Assembly (NCBI RefSeq): GCF_009914755.1
Contig: NC_060925.1
Strand: one strand, 5' to 3'
DNA length: 64,000 nucleotides
Source: the human T2T-CHM13v2.0 reference genome, Homo sapiens
The translations under genes were made by a program, and so were the position numbers. The notes under the pieces are model-generated. The model was not told where the DNA came from. It saw only the letters and a program-made list of their open reading frames with translations, and did not search any database. Shown in pieces: positions 38,201 through 53,200 of the stretch (position 1 is its first letter; every line of letters starts with the position of its first letter).

Positions 38201-41200
38201 CAAATATCCACTTGCAGATTCTACAAGGAAACTGTTTCAGAACAACTCTCCCAACAGGAAGGTTCAGCTCTGTGAGTTGAATGCACACATCACAAACAAG
38301 TTCCTGAGAATGCTTCTGTCTAGTTTTTCTGTGTAGAGATTTCCTTTTCCAACGTATTCTTCAAATCGCTCCAAATATCCACTTGCAGTTTCTTGAAAAA
38401 GACTGTTTCAAAACTGCTCTCTCAAAAGGAAGGTTCAACTCCATGAGCTAAATGCGTACATCACAAAGAAGTTTCTGAGAATGATTCTGCCTGGTTTTTA
38501 TGTGAAGATGTTTCCTTTTCCACCACAGGCCTCAAAGCACTCCAAATGAACACTTGCAGATTCTAGAAAGAGAGTGTTTCAAAACTGCTCTTTCTACAGA
38601 ATTGTTCAACTCTCTGAGTTGAATTCACACATCACAAAGCAGTTTCTGAGAATGTTTCTGTCTAGTTTTTATTTGAAGATATATCAATTTCAACGAAATC
38701 CTCCAACAGCTCCAAATATCCACAAGCAGATCCTTCAAAAGATGTGTTTCAGTACTGCTCTACCAAAACAAATGTTCAACACTCTGAGTTGAATGCACAC
38801 ATCACGAAGCAGTTTCTGAGAATGCCTCTGTCAAGCTTTTTTGTGAAGACATTTCATTTTCCATCATATGCCTGAAATCTCTCCAAATATCCACTTGCAG
38901 ATCCTACAAACACACTGTTTCAAAACAGCTCCCTCAACAGGAAGGTTCAGGTCTGTGAGTTGAATGCATACATCACAAACAAGTTCCTGAGAATGCTTCT
39001 GTCTAGTTTTTCTGTGAAGAGATTTCTTTTTCCAAAATAGGCTTCAAATCGCTCCATATATCCGCTTACAGATTCTACAAAAAGACTCTTTCAAAACTGC
39101 TCTCTCAAGAGAAAGGTTCAACTCCGTGAGTTGAATGCATACATCACAAAGGAGTTTCTGAGAACGCTTCTGCCTAGTTTTTATGTGAAGATGTTTCCTT
39201 TTCCACCGTAGGCCTCAAAGTGCTACAAATGAACTCTTGCAGATTCTAGAAAAAGTGTTTCAAAACTGCGCTTTCTAAAGAAGTGTTCACCACTCTGAGT
39301 TGAATTCACACATCACAATGCAGTTTCTGAGAATGCTTCTCTGAAGATTTTAATTGAAAATGTCTCGTTTCCGACGAAATCCTCAAACAGCTCCAAGTAT
39401 CCTGAAGCAGATTCTACAAAAGTAGTGTTTCAGTACTGCTATATCAAAAGAAATGTTCAACTCTGTGTGTTGAATGCACACATCGCAAACAAGGTCCTGA
39501 GAATGCTTCTGTCTATTTTTTCTGTGAAGATATTTCCTTTTCCAACATAGTCTTCAATTCGCTCCAAAAGTCCACTTGCAGTTTCTTCAAAAAGACTGTT
39601 TCAAAACTGCTCCTGAAAAGAAAGGTTGAACTCCATGAGTTGAATGCATACATCACAAAGAAGTTTCTGAGAATGCTTCTGCCTAGTTTTTATGTGAAGA
39701 TGTTTCCTTTTCCACCATAGGCCTCAAAGTGCCCCAAAAGAACACTTTCAGGTTCCAGAAAAAGAGTGTTTCAAAACTGCTCTTTCTAAAGAAGTGTTCA
39801 ACTCTCTGAGTTGATTTCACACATCACAAAGCAGTTTCTGAGAATGCTTCTCTGTAGTTTTGATTAAAAGATATCTCGTTTCCAACGAAATCCTCAAACA
39901 GCTCCAGGTATCCACAAGCAGATTCTACAAAAGTATTGTTTCAGTACTGCTCTATCAAAAGAAATTTTCAACTCTGTGAGTTGAATGCACACATCACAAA
40001 CAAGTTCCTGAGAATGCTTCTGTCTAGTTTTTCTGTGAAGATATTTCCTTTTACAACACAGGCCTCAAATCTCTCCAAATATCCACTTGCAGACTCTACA
40101 AAAAGACTTTTTCAAAACTGCCCTCTCAAAAGGAAGGTTCAACTCTGTGAGGTGAATGCATACATCAAAAAGAAGTTTCTGGGAATGCTTCTTTCTAGTT
40201 TTTATGTGAAGATGTTTTCTTTTCCACCATAGGCCTCCAAGCGCTCTAAGTGAAGACTTGCGGATTCCAGAAAGAGTGTTTCAAAACTGCTTTTTCTAAA
40301 GAAGTGTTCAACTCTCTGAGTTGAATTCACACATCACAATGCAGTTTCTGAGAATGCTTCTCTGTAGTTTTTATTTGAAGATGTCTCCTTTACAATGAAA
40401 TCCTCGAACCACTCCAAATATCCACAAGCAGATTCTACAAAAGTAGTGTTCCAGTACTGCTCTATCAAAAGAAATATTCAACTCTGTGAGTTGAATGCAC
40501 ACATCTCAAACTAGTTCCTGAGAATGTTTCGGTCTAGTTTTTCTGTGAAGGTATTTCCTTTTCCAATATAGGCTTCAAATCGCTCCAAATATCCACTTTC
40601 AGTTTCTTCAAAAAGACTGTTTCAAATCTGCTCTCTCAAAAGCATGGTTCAACTCGTTCAGTTGAATGCATACATCCCAAAGAAGTTTCTGAGAATGCTT
40701 TTGCCTAGTTTTTTTGTGAAGATGATTCCTTTTCCACCATAGGCCTCAAAGCACTTCAAATGAACACTTGCAGATTGTAGAAAGAGTGTTTCAAATCTGC
40801 TCTTTCTAAAGAAGTGTTCAACAGTCTGAGTTGTATTCACACATCACAATGCAGATTCTGAGAATGCCTGTCTAGTTTTTATTTGAAGATATCTCGTTTC
40901 CAAAGAAATCCTCAAACAGCTCCAAATATCCACCAGCAGATTCCACAAAAGTAGTGTTTCAGTACTGCTCTATCAAAAGAAATGTTCAACTCTGTGATTT
41001 TAATGCACACATCTCAAACTAGTTCTTGAGAATGCTTCTGTCTAATTTTTCTGTGAAGATATTTCATTTTCCAACATAGGCATCAAATCCCTCCAAATAT
41101 CCACTTGCAGATTCTATAAAAAGACTGTTTCAAAACTGCTCTCTCAAAAGGAAGGTGCAACTTGGTGAGGTGAATTCATACATCACAAAGAAGTTTCTGA

Positions 41201-44200
41201 GAGTGCTTCTGCCTAGTTTTTATGTGGGAATGTTTCGTTTTCCACCATGGGCCGCAAAGTGCTCCAAATGAACACTTTCAGATACTAGAAAAAGAGTGTT
41301 TCAAAACTGGTCTTTCTAAAGAAGTGTTCAACTCACTGAGTTGAATTCACACATCACAAAGCAGTTTCTGAGAATTCTTCTGTCTAGTTTTTATTTGAAG
41401 ATACCTCGTTCCCAACGAAATCCTCAAACAGCCCCAAATATCCACAAGCAGATCTTTCAAAAGTAGTGTTTCAGTACTGCTCTATCAAAAGAAATGTTCA
41501 ACTCTGTGAGTGGAATGCACACATCACAAAGAAGTTTCTGAGAATGCTTCTGTCAAGCTTTTATGTGAACATATTTCCTTTTCCACCATACGCCTGAAAT
41601 CGCACCAAATATCCACTTGCAGATCCTACAAGTAGACTGTTTCAAAACACCTCTCTTAACAGGAATGTTCAGCTCTGTGAGTTGAATGCACACATCACAA
41701 ACAAGTTCCTGAGAATGTTTCTGTCTAGTTTTTCTGTGAAGAGATTTCTTTTTCCAACATAGGCTGCAAATCGCTCCATATATCCACTTGCAGATTCTAC
41801 AGAAAGATTTTCAAAACTGCTGTCTCAAGAGGAAGGCTCAACTCTGTTAGTTTAATGCATACGTCACAAAGGAGTTTCTGAGAATGCTTCTGCCTAGTGT
41901 TTATGTGAAGATATATCCTTTTCCATCATAGGCCTCAAAGCGCTACAAATGAACTCTTGCAGATTCTAGAAAGAGTGTTTCAAAACTGCTCTTTCTAAAG
42001 AAGTGTTCAACTCTCTGAGTTGAATTCACACATCACAATGTAGTTTCTGAGAATGCTTCTCTGTAGTTTTTAATTGAAGATGTCTTATTTCCAACGAAAT
42101 CCTCAAACAGCTCCAAGTATCCTGAAGCAGATTCTACAACAGTAGTGTTTCATTACTGCTATATGAAAAGAAATGTTGAACTCTGTGAGTTGAATCCATA
42201 CATCTCAAACAAGGTCCTGAGAATGCTTCTGTATGGTTTTTCTGTGAAGATATTTCCTTTTCCAACATAGTCTTCAATTCGCTCCAAATATCCACTTGCA
42301 GTTTCTTCAAAAAGACTGTTTCAAAACTGCTCTCTCAAAAGGAAGGTTCAACTCCGTGAGTTGAATGCATACATCACAAAGAAGTTTCTGAAAATGCTTC
42401 TGCCTAGTTTTTATTTGAAGATGTTTCTTTTCCACCATAGGCCTCAAAGCACTCCAAGTGAACACTTGCAGATAATAAAAAGAGTGTTCCAAAACTGCTC
42501 TTTCTAAAGAAGTGTTCAACTATCTGAGTAGAATTCACACATCACAAAGCAGTTTCTGAGAATGCTTCTCTGTAGTTTTGATTAGAAGATACCTCGGTTC
42601 CAACGAAATCCTCAAACAGCTCCAAATATCCAAAAGCAGATTCTAAAAAAGTAGTTTTTAAGTACTGCTCTATCAAAAGAAATGTTCAACACTGTGAGTT
42701 GAATGCACACATCACAAACAAGTTCCTGAGAATGCTTCTGTCTCGTTTTTCTGTGAAGATATTTCCTTCTACAACACAGGCTTCAAATCGCATGAAATAT
42801 CCACTTGCAGACCCTACAAAAGACTCTTTCAAAAATGTCCTCTCAAAAGGAAGGTTCAACTCTGTGAGTTGAATGCATACATCACAAAGAAGTTTATGGG
42901 AATGCTTCTGCCTAGTTTTTATGTGAAGATGTTTCCTTTTCCACCATAGGCCTCAAAGCGCTACAAATGAACTCTTGCAGATTCTAGAAAGAGTGTTTCA
43001 AAACTGCTCTTTCTAAAGAAGTGTTCACATCTCTGAGTTGAATTCACACATCACAATGCAGTTTCTGAGAATGCTTCTCTGTAGTTTTTAATTGAAGATG
43101 TCTCGTTTCCAATGAAATACTCAAACAGCTCCAAATATCCACAAGCAGATTCTACAAAAGTAGTGTTTCAGTACTGCTCTATCAAAAGAAATGTTCAACT
43201 CTGTGAGATGAATGCACACATCTCAAACAAGGTCCTGAGAATGCTTCTGTCTAGTTTTTCTGTGAAGAGATTTCCTTTTCCAACATAGGCTTCAATTCGC
43301 TCCAAATACCCACTTGCAGTTTCTTCAAAAAGACTGTTTCAAAACTGCTCTCTCAAAAGGAAGGTTCAACTCCGTGAGTTGAATGCATACATCACAAAGA
43401 AGTTTCTGAGAATGCTTCTGCCTAGTTTTTATGTGAAGATGTTTCCTTTTCCACCATAGGCCTCAAAGCGCTCCAAGTGAACACTTGCACATACTAAAAA
43501 AAGAGTGTTTCAAAACTGCTCTTTCTAAAGAAGTGCTCAACTCTCTGAGTTGAATTCACATATCAAAAAGCAGTTTCTGTGAATGCTTCTGTCTAGTTTT
43601 TATTTCAAGATATATCTTTTCCAACTAAATCCTCCAACAGCTCCAAATGTCCACAATCAGATCCTTCAAAAGTAGTGTTTCAGTACTGCTGTATCAAAAA
43701 AAGTTAAACTCTGTGAGTTGAATGGATACATCACGAAGCAGTTTCTGAGAATGCTTCTGTCTAGCTTTTTTGTGAAGATATTTCCTTTTCAACCATACGC
43801 CTTAAATCGCTCCAAATATCCATTTGCAGATCCTATAAAGACAATGTTTCAAAACAGCACTCTTAACAGGAAGGTTCAGGTCTGTGAGTTGAATGCACAC
43901 ATCACAAACAAGGTCCTGAGAATGCTTCTATCTAGTTTTTCTGTGAAGAGATTTCCTTTCCCAACATAGGCTTCGAATCGCTCCAAATATCCACTTGCAG
44001 ATTCTACAAAAGGACTGTTTCAAAACTGCTCTCTCAAAAGGAAGGTTCAACTCTGTGAGTTGAATGCATACATCACAAAGAAGTTTCTGAGAATGCTTCT
44101 GCCTAGTTTTTATGTGAAGAAGTTTCGATTTCCACAATAGGCTTCAAAGCGCTCCAAATGAATACTTTCAGATAATAGAAAAAGAGTGTTTCAAAACTTC

Positions 44201-47200
44201 TCTTTCTAAAGAAGTGTTCAACTCTCTGAGTTGAATTCACACATCACAAAGCAGTTTCTGAGAATGCTTCTCTGTAGTTTTGATTAGAAGATATCTCGTT
44301 TCCAACGAAATCCTCAAACAGCTCCAAATATCCACAAGCAGATTCTACAAAAGTAGTGTTCCAGTACTGCTCTATCAAAAGAAATGTTCAACTCTGTGAG
44401 TTGAATGCACACATCACAAACAAGTTCCTGAGAATGCTTCTGTCTAGTTTTTCTATGAAAATATTTCCTTTTACAACACAGGCTTCAAATCGCTCCAAAT
44501 ATGCACTTTCAATTTCTTCAAAAAGACTGTTTCAAATCTGCTCTCTCAAAAGGATGGTTCAACTCTGTGAGTTGAATGCATACATCACAAAGAAGTTTCT
44601 GAGAATGCGTCTGCCTAGTTTTTATGTGAAGATGTATCCTTTTCCACCATAGGCCTCAAAGCGCTCCAAATGAACACTTGCGGATTCCAGAAAAAGAGTG
44701 TTTCAAAACTGCTCTTTTTGAATAACTTTTCAACTCTCTGAGTTGAATTCACACATCACAAAGCAGTTTCTGAGAATGCTTCTCTGTAGTTTTTAATTGA
44801 AGGTGTCTCATTTCCAACGAAATCCTCAAACAGCCCCAAATATCCACAAGCAGATCTTTCAAAAGTAGTGTTTCAGTACTGCTCTATGAAAAGAAATGTT
44901 CAACTCTGTGAGGTGAATTAACACATCACAAAGCAGTTTCTGAGAATGCTTCTGTCTAGTTTTTATTTGAAGATATCTCCTTTCCAACGAAATCCTCCAA
45001 CAGCTCCAAATATCCAAAGGAGATCGTTCAAAAGTAGTGTTTCAGTACTGCTCTATCAAAAGAAATATGTTCAACTCTGTGAGTTGAATGCACACATCAT
45101 GAAGCAGTTTCTGAGAATGCTTCTGTAAAGCGTTTTTGTGAAGATATTTCCTTTTCCACCATACGCCTGATATCGCTCCAAATATCCACTTGCAGATCCT
45201 AGAAAGAAACTGTTTCAAAACAGCTCCCTCAACAGGAAGGTTCAGGTCTGTGAGTTGAATGCACACATCGCAAACAAGTTCCTGAGAATACTTCTGTCTA
45301 GTTTTTCTGTGAAGAGATTTCCTTATCCCAACATAGGCTTCAAATCACTCCAAATATCCACTTGCAGATTCCAGAAAGGGACTGTTTCAAAACTGCTCTC
45401 TCAAAAGGAAGGTTCAACTCTGTGAGTTGAATGCATACATCACAAAGAAGTTTCTGACAATGCTTCTGCCTAGTTTTTATGTGAAGATGTTTCCTTTTCC
45501 ACCATAGGCCTCAAAGCGCTCCAAATGAACACTTGCAGATATTAGAAAAAGAGTGTTTCAAAACTCCTCTTTATAAAGAATTTTTCAACTCACTGAGTTG
45601 AATTCACACATCACGAAGCAGTTTCTGAGATGCTCCTCTTTAGTTTTGATTAGGAGATATCTCGTTTCCAATGAAATCCTCCAACAGCTCCAAATATCCA
45701 CAAGCAGATTCTACAAAAGTAGTGTTTCAGTACTGCTCTATCAAAAGAAATGTTGAACTCTGTGATTTGAATGCACACATCCCAAACTAGTTCCTAAGAA
45801 TGCTTCTGTCTACTTTTTCTGTGAAGACATTTCATTTTCCAACACAGTCTTCAAATCACTCCAAATATCCACTTGCAGTTTCTTCAGAAAGACTGTTTGA
45901 AAACTGCTCTCTCAAAAGGAAGGTTCAACTCCGTGAGTTGAATGCATACCTCACAAACAAGTTTCTGAGAATGCTTCTGCCTAGTTTTTATGGGAAGATA
46001 TTTCCTTTTCCCCCATAGGCCTCAAAGTGCTCCAAATGAACACTTGCAAATTGTAGAAAGAGTGTTTCAAAACTGCTCTTTCTAAAGAAGTGTTCAACTG
46101 TCTGAGTTGTATTCACACATCACAATGCAGTTTCTGAGAATGCTTCTCTGTAACTTTTATTTGAAGATATCTCATTTCCAAAGAAATCCTCAAACAACTC
46201 CAAATATCCACCAGCAGATTCCACAAAAGTAGTGTTTCAGTACTGCTCTATCAAAAGTAATGTTCAACTCTGTGAGTTGAATGCACACATCTCAAACTAG
46301 CTCCTGAGAATGCTTCTTGTCTACTTTTTCTGTGAAGAGATTTCCTTTTACAACATAGGCTTAAAATCGCTCCAAATATCCACACGCAGATCCTACAAAA
46401 AGACTGTTTCAAAACTGCGCTCTGAAAAGGAAGATTCAACTCAGTGAGTTGAATGCATACATCATATAGAAGTTCCTGAGAATGCTTCTGCCTAGTTTTT
46501 TTGTGAAGATGTTCTTTTTCTACCATAGGCCTCAAAGCGCTCCAAAGGTACCCTTGCAGATAGTAGAAAAGAGTGTTTCAAAACTGCTCTTTCTAAAGAA
46601 GGGTTCAACTCTCTGAGTTGAATTAACACATCACAAAGCAGTTTCTTAGAATGCTTCTGTGTAGTTTTTCTTTGAAGGTATCTCGTTTCCAATGAAATCC
46701 TCAAACAGCCCCAATATAAACAAGCAGATTCTACAAAAGTAGTGTTTCAGTACTGCTCTATCAAAAGAAATGTTCAACTCTGTGAGTTGAATGCACACAT
46801 CACAAAGCAGTTTCTGAGAATGCTTCTGTCAAGCTTTTATGTGAAGATGTTTCCTTTTCCACCATACGTGTGAAATCCCTCCAAATATCCACTAACAGAT
46901 CCTACAAGGAGACTGTTTCAAAACACCTCTCTCAACAGGAAGGTTCTGCTCTGTGAGTTGAATGTACACATCACAAACAAGTTCCTCAGAATGCTTCTGT
47001 CTAGTTTTTCTGTGAAGACAATTCCTTTTCCAACATAGGCTTCAAATCGCTCCAAATATCCACTTGCAGATTCTCCAAAAAGAAGTTTCAAATCTTCTCT
47101 CTCAAAAGGAAGGTTCAACTCTGTGAGTTGAATGCATACATCACAAAGAAGTTTCTGAGAACGCTTCTACCAAGTTTTAATGTGAAATTGTTTCATTTTC

Positions 47201-50200
47201 CACCATAGGCCTCAAAGCACTCCAAATGAACACTTGCAGATATTGGAAAAAGAGTGTTTCAAAACTGCTCTCTCTAAAGAAGTGTTCAACTCTCTGAGTT
47301 GAATTCACACATCACAAAGCAGTTTCTGAGAATGCTTCTGTCTAATTTTTATTTGAAGATATCTCATTTCCAATGAAATCCTCAAACATCCTCAAATATC
47401 CACAAGCAGATACTTCAAAAGTAGTGTTTCAGTACCGCTCTATCAACAGAAATTTTCAACTCTGTGATTTGAATGCAACATCACAAAGCAGTTTCTGAGA
47501 ATGCTTCTGTCAAGCATTATTTTGAAGATATTTCCTGTTCCACCATATGCCTGAAATCGCTCCGAATATCCACTTGGAGATCCTACAAAGAGACTGTTTC
47601 AAAACAGCTCTCTCAACAGGAAGGTTCAGCTCTGTGAGTTGAATACACAGATCACAAACAAGATCCTGAGAATGCTTCTTTCTAGTTTTTCTGTGAAAAG
47701 ATTTTCTTTTCCAACATATGCTTCAAATCCCTCCAAATATCCACTTGCTGATTCTACGAAAAGACTGTTTCAAAACTGCTCTCTCAAAAGAAAGTTTCAA
47801 CTCTGTGAGATGAATGCATACATCACAAAGTAGTTTCTGAGAATGCTTCTGCCTAGTTTTTATGTGAAGTTGCTTCCTTTTCCACCATAGGCCTCAAAGC
47901 ACTCCAAATGAAAACTTGCAGATTCTAGAAAGAGTGTTTCAAAACTGCTCTTTCTAAAGAAATGTTCAACACTCTGAGTTGAATTCACACATCACATTGC
48001 AGTGTCTGAGAATGCTTCTCTGTAGTTTATATTTGAAGATGTTTTGTTTCCAACGAAATCCACAAAGAGCTCCAAAAATCCAGAAGCAGATTCTACAAAA
48101 GTAGTGTTGCAGTACTGCTCTATCAAAAGAAATGTTCAGCTCTTTGAGTTGAATGGACACATCCCAAACAAGTTCCTGAGAATGCTTCTGTCTAGTTTTC
48201 TGTGAAGATATTTCATTTTCCAACATAGGCTTCAGATCGCTCCAAATATCCATTTGCAGATTCTCCAAAAAGACTGTTTCCAAACTGCTCTCTCAAAAGG
48301 AATGTTCAACTCCGTGAGTTGAATGCATACATCAGAAAGAAGTTTCTGAGAATACGTCTGCCTAGTTTTTTTGTGAAGATGTTTCGTTTTCCACCATAGG
48401 CCTCAAAGCGCTCCAAATGAACACTTTCATATAGTAGAAAAAGAGGGTCTCAAAACTGCTCTTTCTAAAGAAGTTTTCAACACTCTGAGTTGAATTCACA
48501 CATCACAAAGCAGTTTTTGAGAATGCTTCTGTCTAGTCTTTATTTGAAGATAACTCGTTTCCAACGAAATCCTCAAACAGCCCCAAATATCCACAAGCAG
48601 ATTCTTCAAAAGTGGTGTTTCAGTACTGCTCTATAGATAGAAATGTTCAACTCTGTAAGTTGGATGAACACATCACAAAGCAGTTTCTGAGAATGCTTCT
48701 GTCAAGCTTTTATGTGAAGATATCTCCGTTTCCACAATACTCCTGAAATCGCTCCAAATAGTCACTTGAAGATCCTACAAAGAGACTGTTTCAAAACAGC
48801 TCTCTCAACAGGAAGGTTCACCTCTGTGAGTTGAATGCACACATCACAAACTAGTTCCTGAGAATGCTTCTGTCTAGTTTTTCTATGAAGATATTTCCTT
48901 TTCAAACATATGCTTCAAATCGCTCCAAATATTCACTTGCTGATTCTACTAAAAAGACTGTTTCAAAACTGCTCTCTCAAAAGGAAGGTTCAACTCCGTG
49001 AGTTGAATGCATACATCACAAAGAAGTTTCTGAGAATGCTTCTGCATAGTTTTTACGTGTAGATGTTTCCTTTTCCACCATAGGCCTCAAAGCGCTCCAA
49101 ATGAACACTTGCAGATTATAGAAAAAGAGTGTTTCATAACTGCTTTTTCTAAAGAAGTGTTCCATTCTCTGAGTTGAATTCGCACATCACAAAGAAGTTT
49201 CTGAGAATGCTTCTGTTAAGTTTTTATTTGAAGATATCTCGTTTCCATCGAAATCCTCAAACAGCTCCAAATATCCACAAGCAGATTCTTCAAAAGTAGT
49301 GTTTCAGTACTGCTCTATCAAAAGAAATGTTCAACTCTGTGAGTTGACTGCACACGTCACAAAGGAGTTTCTGAGAATGCTTCTGTCAAGATTTTATGTG
49401 AAGATATTTCCTTTTCCACCCTTGGCCTGAAATCGTTCCAAATATCCACTTGCAGATCCTAAAAAGAGACTGTTTCAAAACAGCTCTCTCAACAGGAAGG
49501 TTCAGCTCTGTGAGTTGAATTCACACATCCCAAACACGTTCCTGAGAATGCTTCTGTCTAGTTTTTCTGTGAAGATATTTTCTTTTCCAATATAGGCTTC
49601 AGATCGCTCCAAATATCCACTTGCAGATTCTACAAAAGATTGTTTCAAAACTGCTCTCTCAAAAGGAAGGATCAACGTTGTGAGTTGAATGCATTCATCA
49701 CAAAGAAATTTCTGAGAATGCTTCTGCCTAGTTTTTATGTCAAGATGTTCCCTTTTCCACCATAGGCCTCAAACTGCTCCAAATGAACACTTTCAGATAC
49801 TAGAAAAAGAGTGTTTCAAAACTGTTCTATCTGAAGAACTCTTCAACTCACTGAGTTGAATTCACACATCACAATGTAGTTTCTGAGAATGCTTCTCTGT
49901 AGTTTTTATTTGAAGATATCTCGTTTACAACGAAATCCTCAAACAACTCCAAATATCCACAAGCAGATTCTACAAAAGTAGTGTTTCAGTATGACTCTAT
50001 CAAAGGAAATGTTCAACACTGTGAGTTGAATTCACACATCTCAAACAAGTTCCTGAGAATGCTTATGTCTAGTTTTTCTGAGAAGATAATTCCTTTTCCA
50101 ACATACTCTTCAAATCGCTCCAAATATCCACTTGAAGATTCTCGAAAAAGACTGTTTCAAAACTTCTCTCTCAAAAGGAAGGTTCAACTCCGTGAGTTTA

Positions 50201-53200
50201 ATGCATACATCACAAAGAAGTTTCTGAGAATGTTTCTGCCTAGTTTTTATGTGAAGATGTTTCCTTTTCCACCATTGGCCTCAAAGCACTCCAAATGAAC
50301 AATTGCAGATTCTAGAAAAAGAGTGTTTCAAAACTACTCTGTCTAAAGAAGTGTTCAACATTCTGAGTTGAATTAAAACATCACTAAGCAGTTTCTGAGA
50401 ATGCTTCTGTCTAGTTTTTATTGGAAGATATCTCGTTACCAACGAAATCCTCAAAGAGCTGCAAATATATACAAGCAGATTCTACAAAAGTAGTGTTTCA
50501 GTACTGCTCTATCAAAAGAAATGTTCAACGCTGTGAGTTGAATGCACACATCTCAAACAAGTTCCTGAGAATGATTCTGTCTAATTTTTCTATGAAGATT
50601 TTTACTTTTCCAACATAGGCTTCAAATCACCCCAAATATCCACTTGCAGATTCTACAAAAAGACTGTTTCATAACTGTTCTCTCAAAAGGAAGGTTCAAC
50701 TCAGTTAGTTGAAAGAATACATCATAAAGAAGTTTCTGAGAATGCTTCTGCCTAGTTTTTATGTGAAGATGCTTCCTTTTCCAACATAGGCCTCAAAGCG
50801 CTCCAAATGAACACTTGCAGATTCTATAAAAAGAATGTTTGAAAACTGCTCTGTCTAAAGAAGTGTTGAACTCTCTGATTTGAATTCACTCTTCACAAAG
50901 CAGTTTCAGAGAATGCTTCTATCTCATTTTTATTTGAAGATATCTCGTTTCCAACAAAATCCTCAAACAGCACCAAATATCCAGAAGCAGATTCTACAAA
51001 AGTAGTGTTTCAGTACTCCTTTATCAAAAGAAATGTTCAAATCTGTGAGTTGAATGCACACATCTCAAACGAGTTCCTGAGAATTCTTCTGTCTAGTTTT
51101 TCTGTGAAGATATTTCCTTTCCCAATGTAGGCTTTAAATCGCTACAAATATCCACTTGCAGATTCTACAAAAAGTCTGATTCAAAACTGCTCCCTCAAAA
51201 GGATGGTTCAACTCTGTGAATTGAATGCACACATCACAAAGAAGTTCCTGAGACTGCTTCTGTACAATTTTTCTGTGAAGACATATCCTTTTCCAACATA
51301 GACTTCAAATCACTCCAAATGTCTACTTGCAGATTCTACAAAAAGCCTGGTTCAAAACTGCTCTCTCAAAAGGAAAGTTCAACTCTGTGAGTTGAATGCA
51401 TACATCAAAAAGATGTTTCTGAGAATGCTTCTGCCTAGTTTTTATGTGAAGTTGTTTTCTTTTCCACCATAGGTCTCAAAGTGCTCCAAATGAACACTTG
51501 CAGATTCTGGAAAAAGAGGGTTTCAAACCTGTTCTTTCTAAAGAAGTGTTCAACACCTTGAGTTGAATTCACACATCACAAAGTGGTTTCTGAGAATGCT
51601 TCTCTGTAGTTTTGATTTGAAGATATCTCGTTTCCAACGGAATCCTCAAGCAGCGCCAAATATCCACAAGCAGAAACTACAAAAGTAGTATTTCACTACT
51701 GTTCTATCAAAAGAAATGTTCAACTCTGTGTGTTGGATGCACACATCACAAACAAGTTCCTGAGAATACTTCTTTCTACTTTTTGTGTGAAGAGATTTCC
51801 TTTTCCAACATACGCTTCAAATCACTCCAAATATCCACTTGCAGATTCTACAAAAAGACTGTTTCAAAACTGCTCTCTCAAAAGCAAGGTTCAACTCCGT
51901 GAGTTGAATGCATACATCACAAAGAAGTTTCTGAGAATGCTTGTGCCTATTTTTTATGTGAAGATGTTTCCTTTTCCTCCATAGGCCTCAAAGCACTCCA
52001 AACATATACTTGCAGATTCTAGAAAAAGAGTGCTTCTGAACTGCTCTTTCTAAAGAAGTGTTCAACTCTCTGAGTTGAATTCACACATCACAAAGTCGTT
52101 TCTGAGAATGCTTCTGTCTAGTTTTCATTTGAAGTTATCGCATTTCCAACGATATCCTCAAACAGCTCCAAATATCCCAAGCAGATTCTACCAAAGGAGT
52201 GTTTCAGTACTGCTCTATCAAAAGAAATGTTCAACTCTGTGTTTTGAATGCACACATCAAAACGCAGTTTCTGGGAATGTTTCCATCAAGTTTTATGTGA
52301 AGATATTTCCTTTTCCACCATAGGCATGAAATCGCTCCAAATATCCACTTGCAGATCCTACAAAGAGACTGTTTCAAAACAGCTCCCTCAACAGAAAGGC
52401 TCAGCTCTGTGAGTTGAATGCACACATACCAAGCAAGTTCCTGAGAAGGCTTCTGTCTAGTTTTTCTGTGAAGATATTTTCTTTTCCAACATAGTCTTCA
52501 AATTGCACCACATATCCACTTGCAGATCCTACCTGAAGACTGTTTCAAAACTGCTCTCACAAAAAGGAAGGATCAACTCAGTGAGTTGAATGCATACATC
52601 ACAGAGAAGTTTCTGAGAATGCTTCTGCCTAATTTTTATGTGAAGATGTTCCCTTTCCCCCCATAGACCTCAAAGCGCTCCAAATGAACACTTGCAGATT
52701 CTAGAAAAAGATTGTTTCAAATCTGCCCTTTCTAAAGAGGTGTTCATCTCTCTGAGTTGAATTCACACATCACAAAGCGGCTTCTGAGAATGCTTCTCTG
52801 TAGTTTTGATTTGAAGATATCTCGTTTCCAATGATATCCTCAAACAGCTCCAAATATCCACAAGCAGATTCTACAAAAGTAGTGTTTCAGTAGTTCTCTA
52901 TAAAAATAAGTTTTCAACTCTGTGTGTTGAATGCACACATCTCAAACAAGTTCCTGAGAATGCTTCTGTCTAGTTTTTCTGTGAAGATATTTCCTTTTCC
53001 TACATAGGCTCCAAATCGCTCCAACTATCCATTGACAGCTTCTACAAAAAGACTGTTTCAAAACTGCTCTCTCAAAAGGAAGTTTCAACTCCGTTAGTTG
53101 AAGGCTTACATCACAAAGAAGTTTCTGAGGATGCTTCTGCCAAGTATTTATTTGATGTTATCTCGTTTCCAACAAAATCCTGAAACAGCTCCAAATATCC

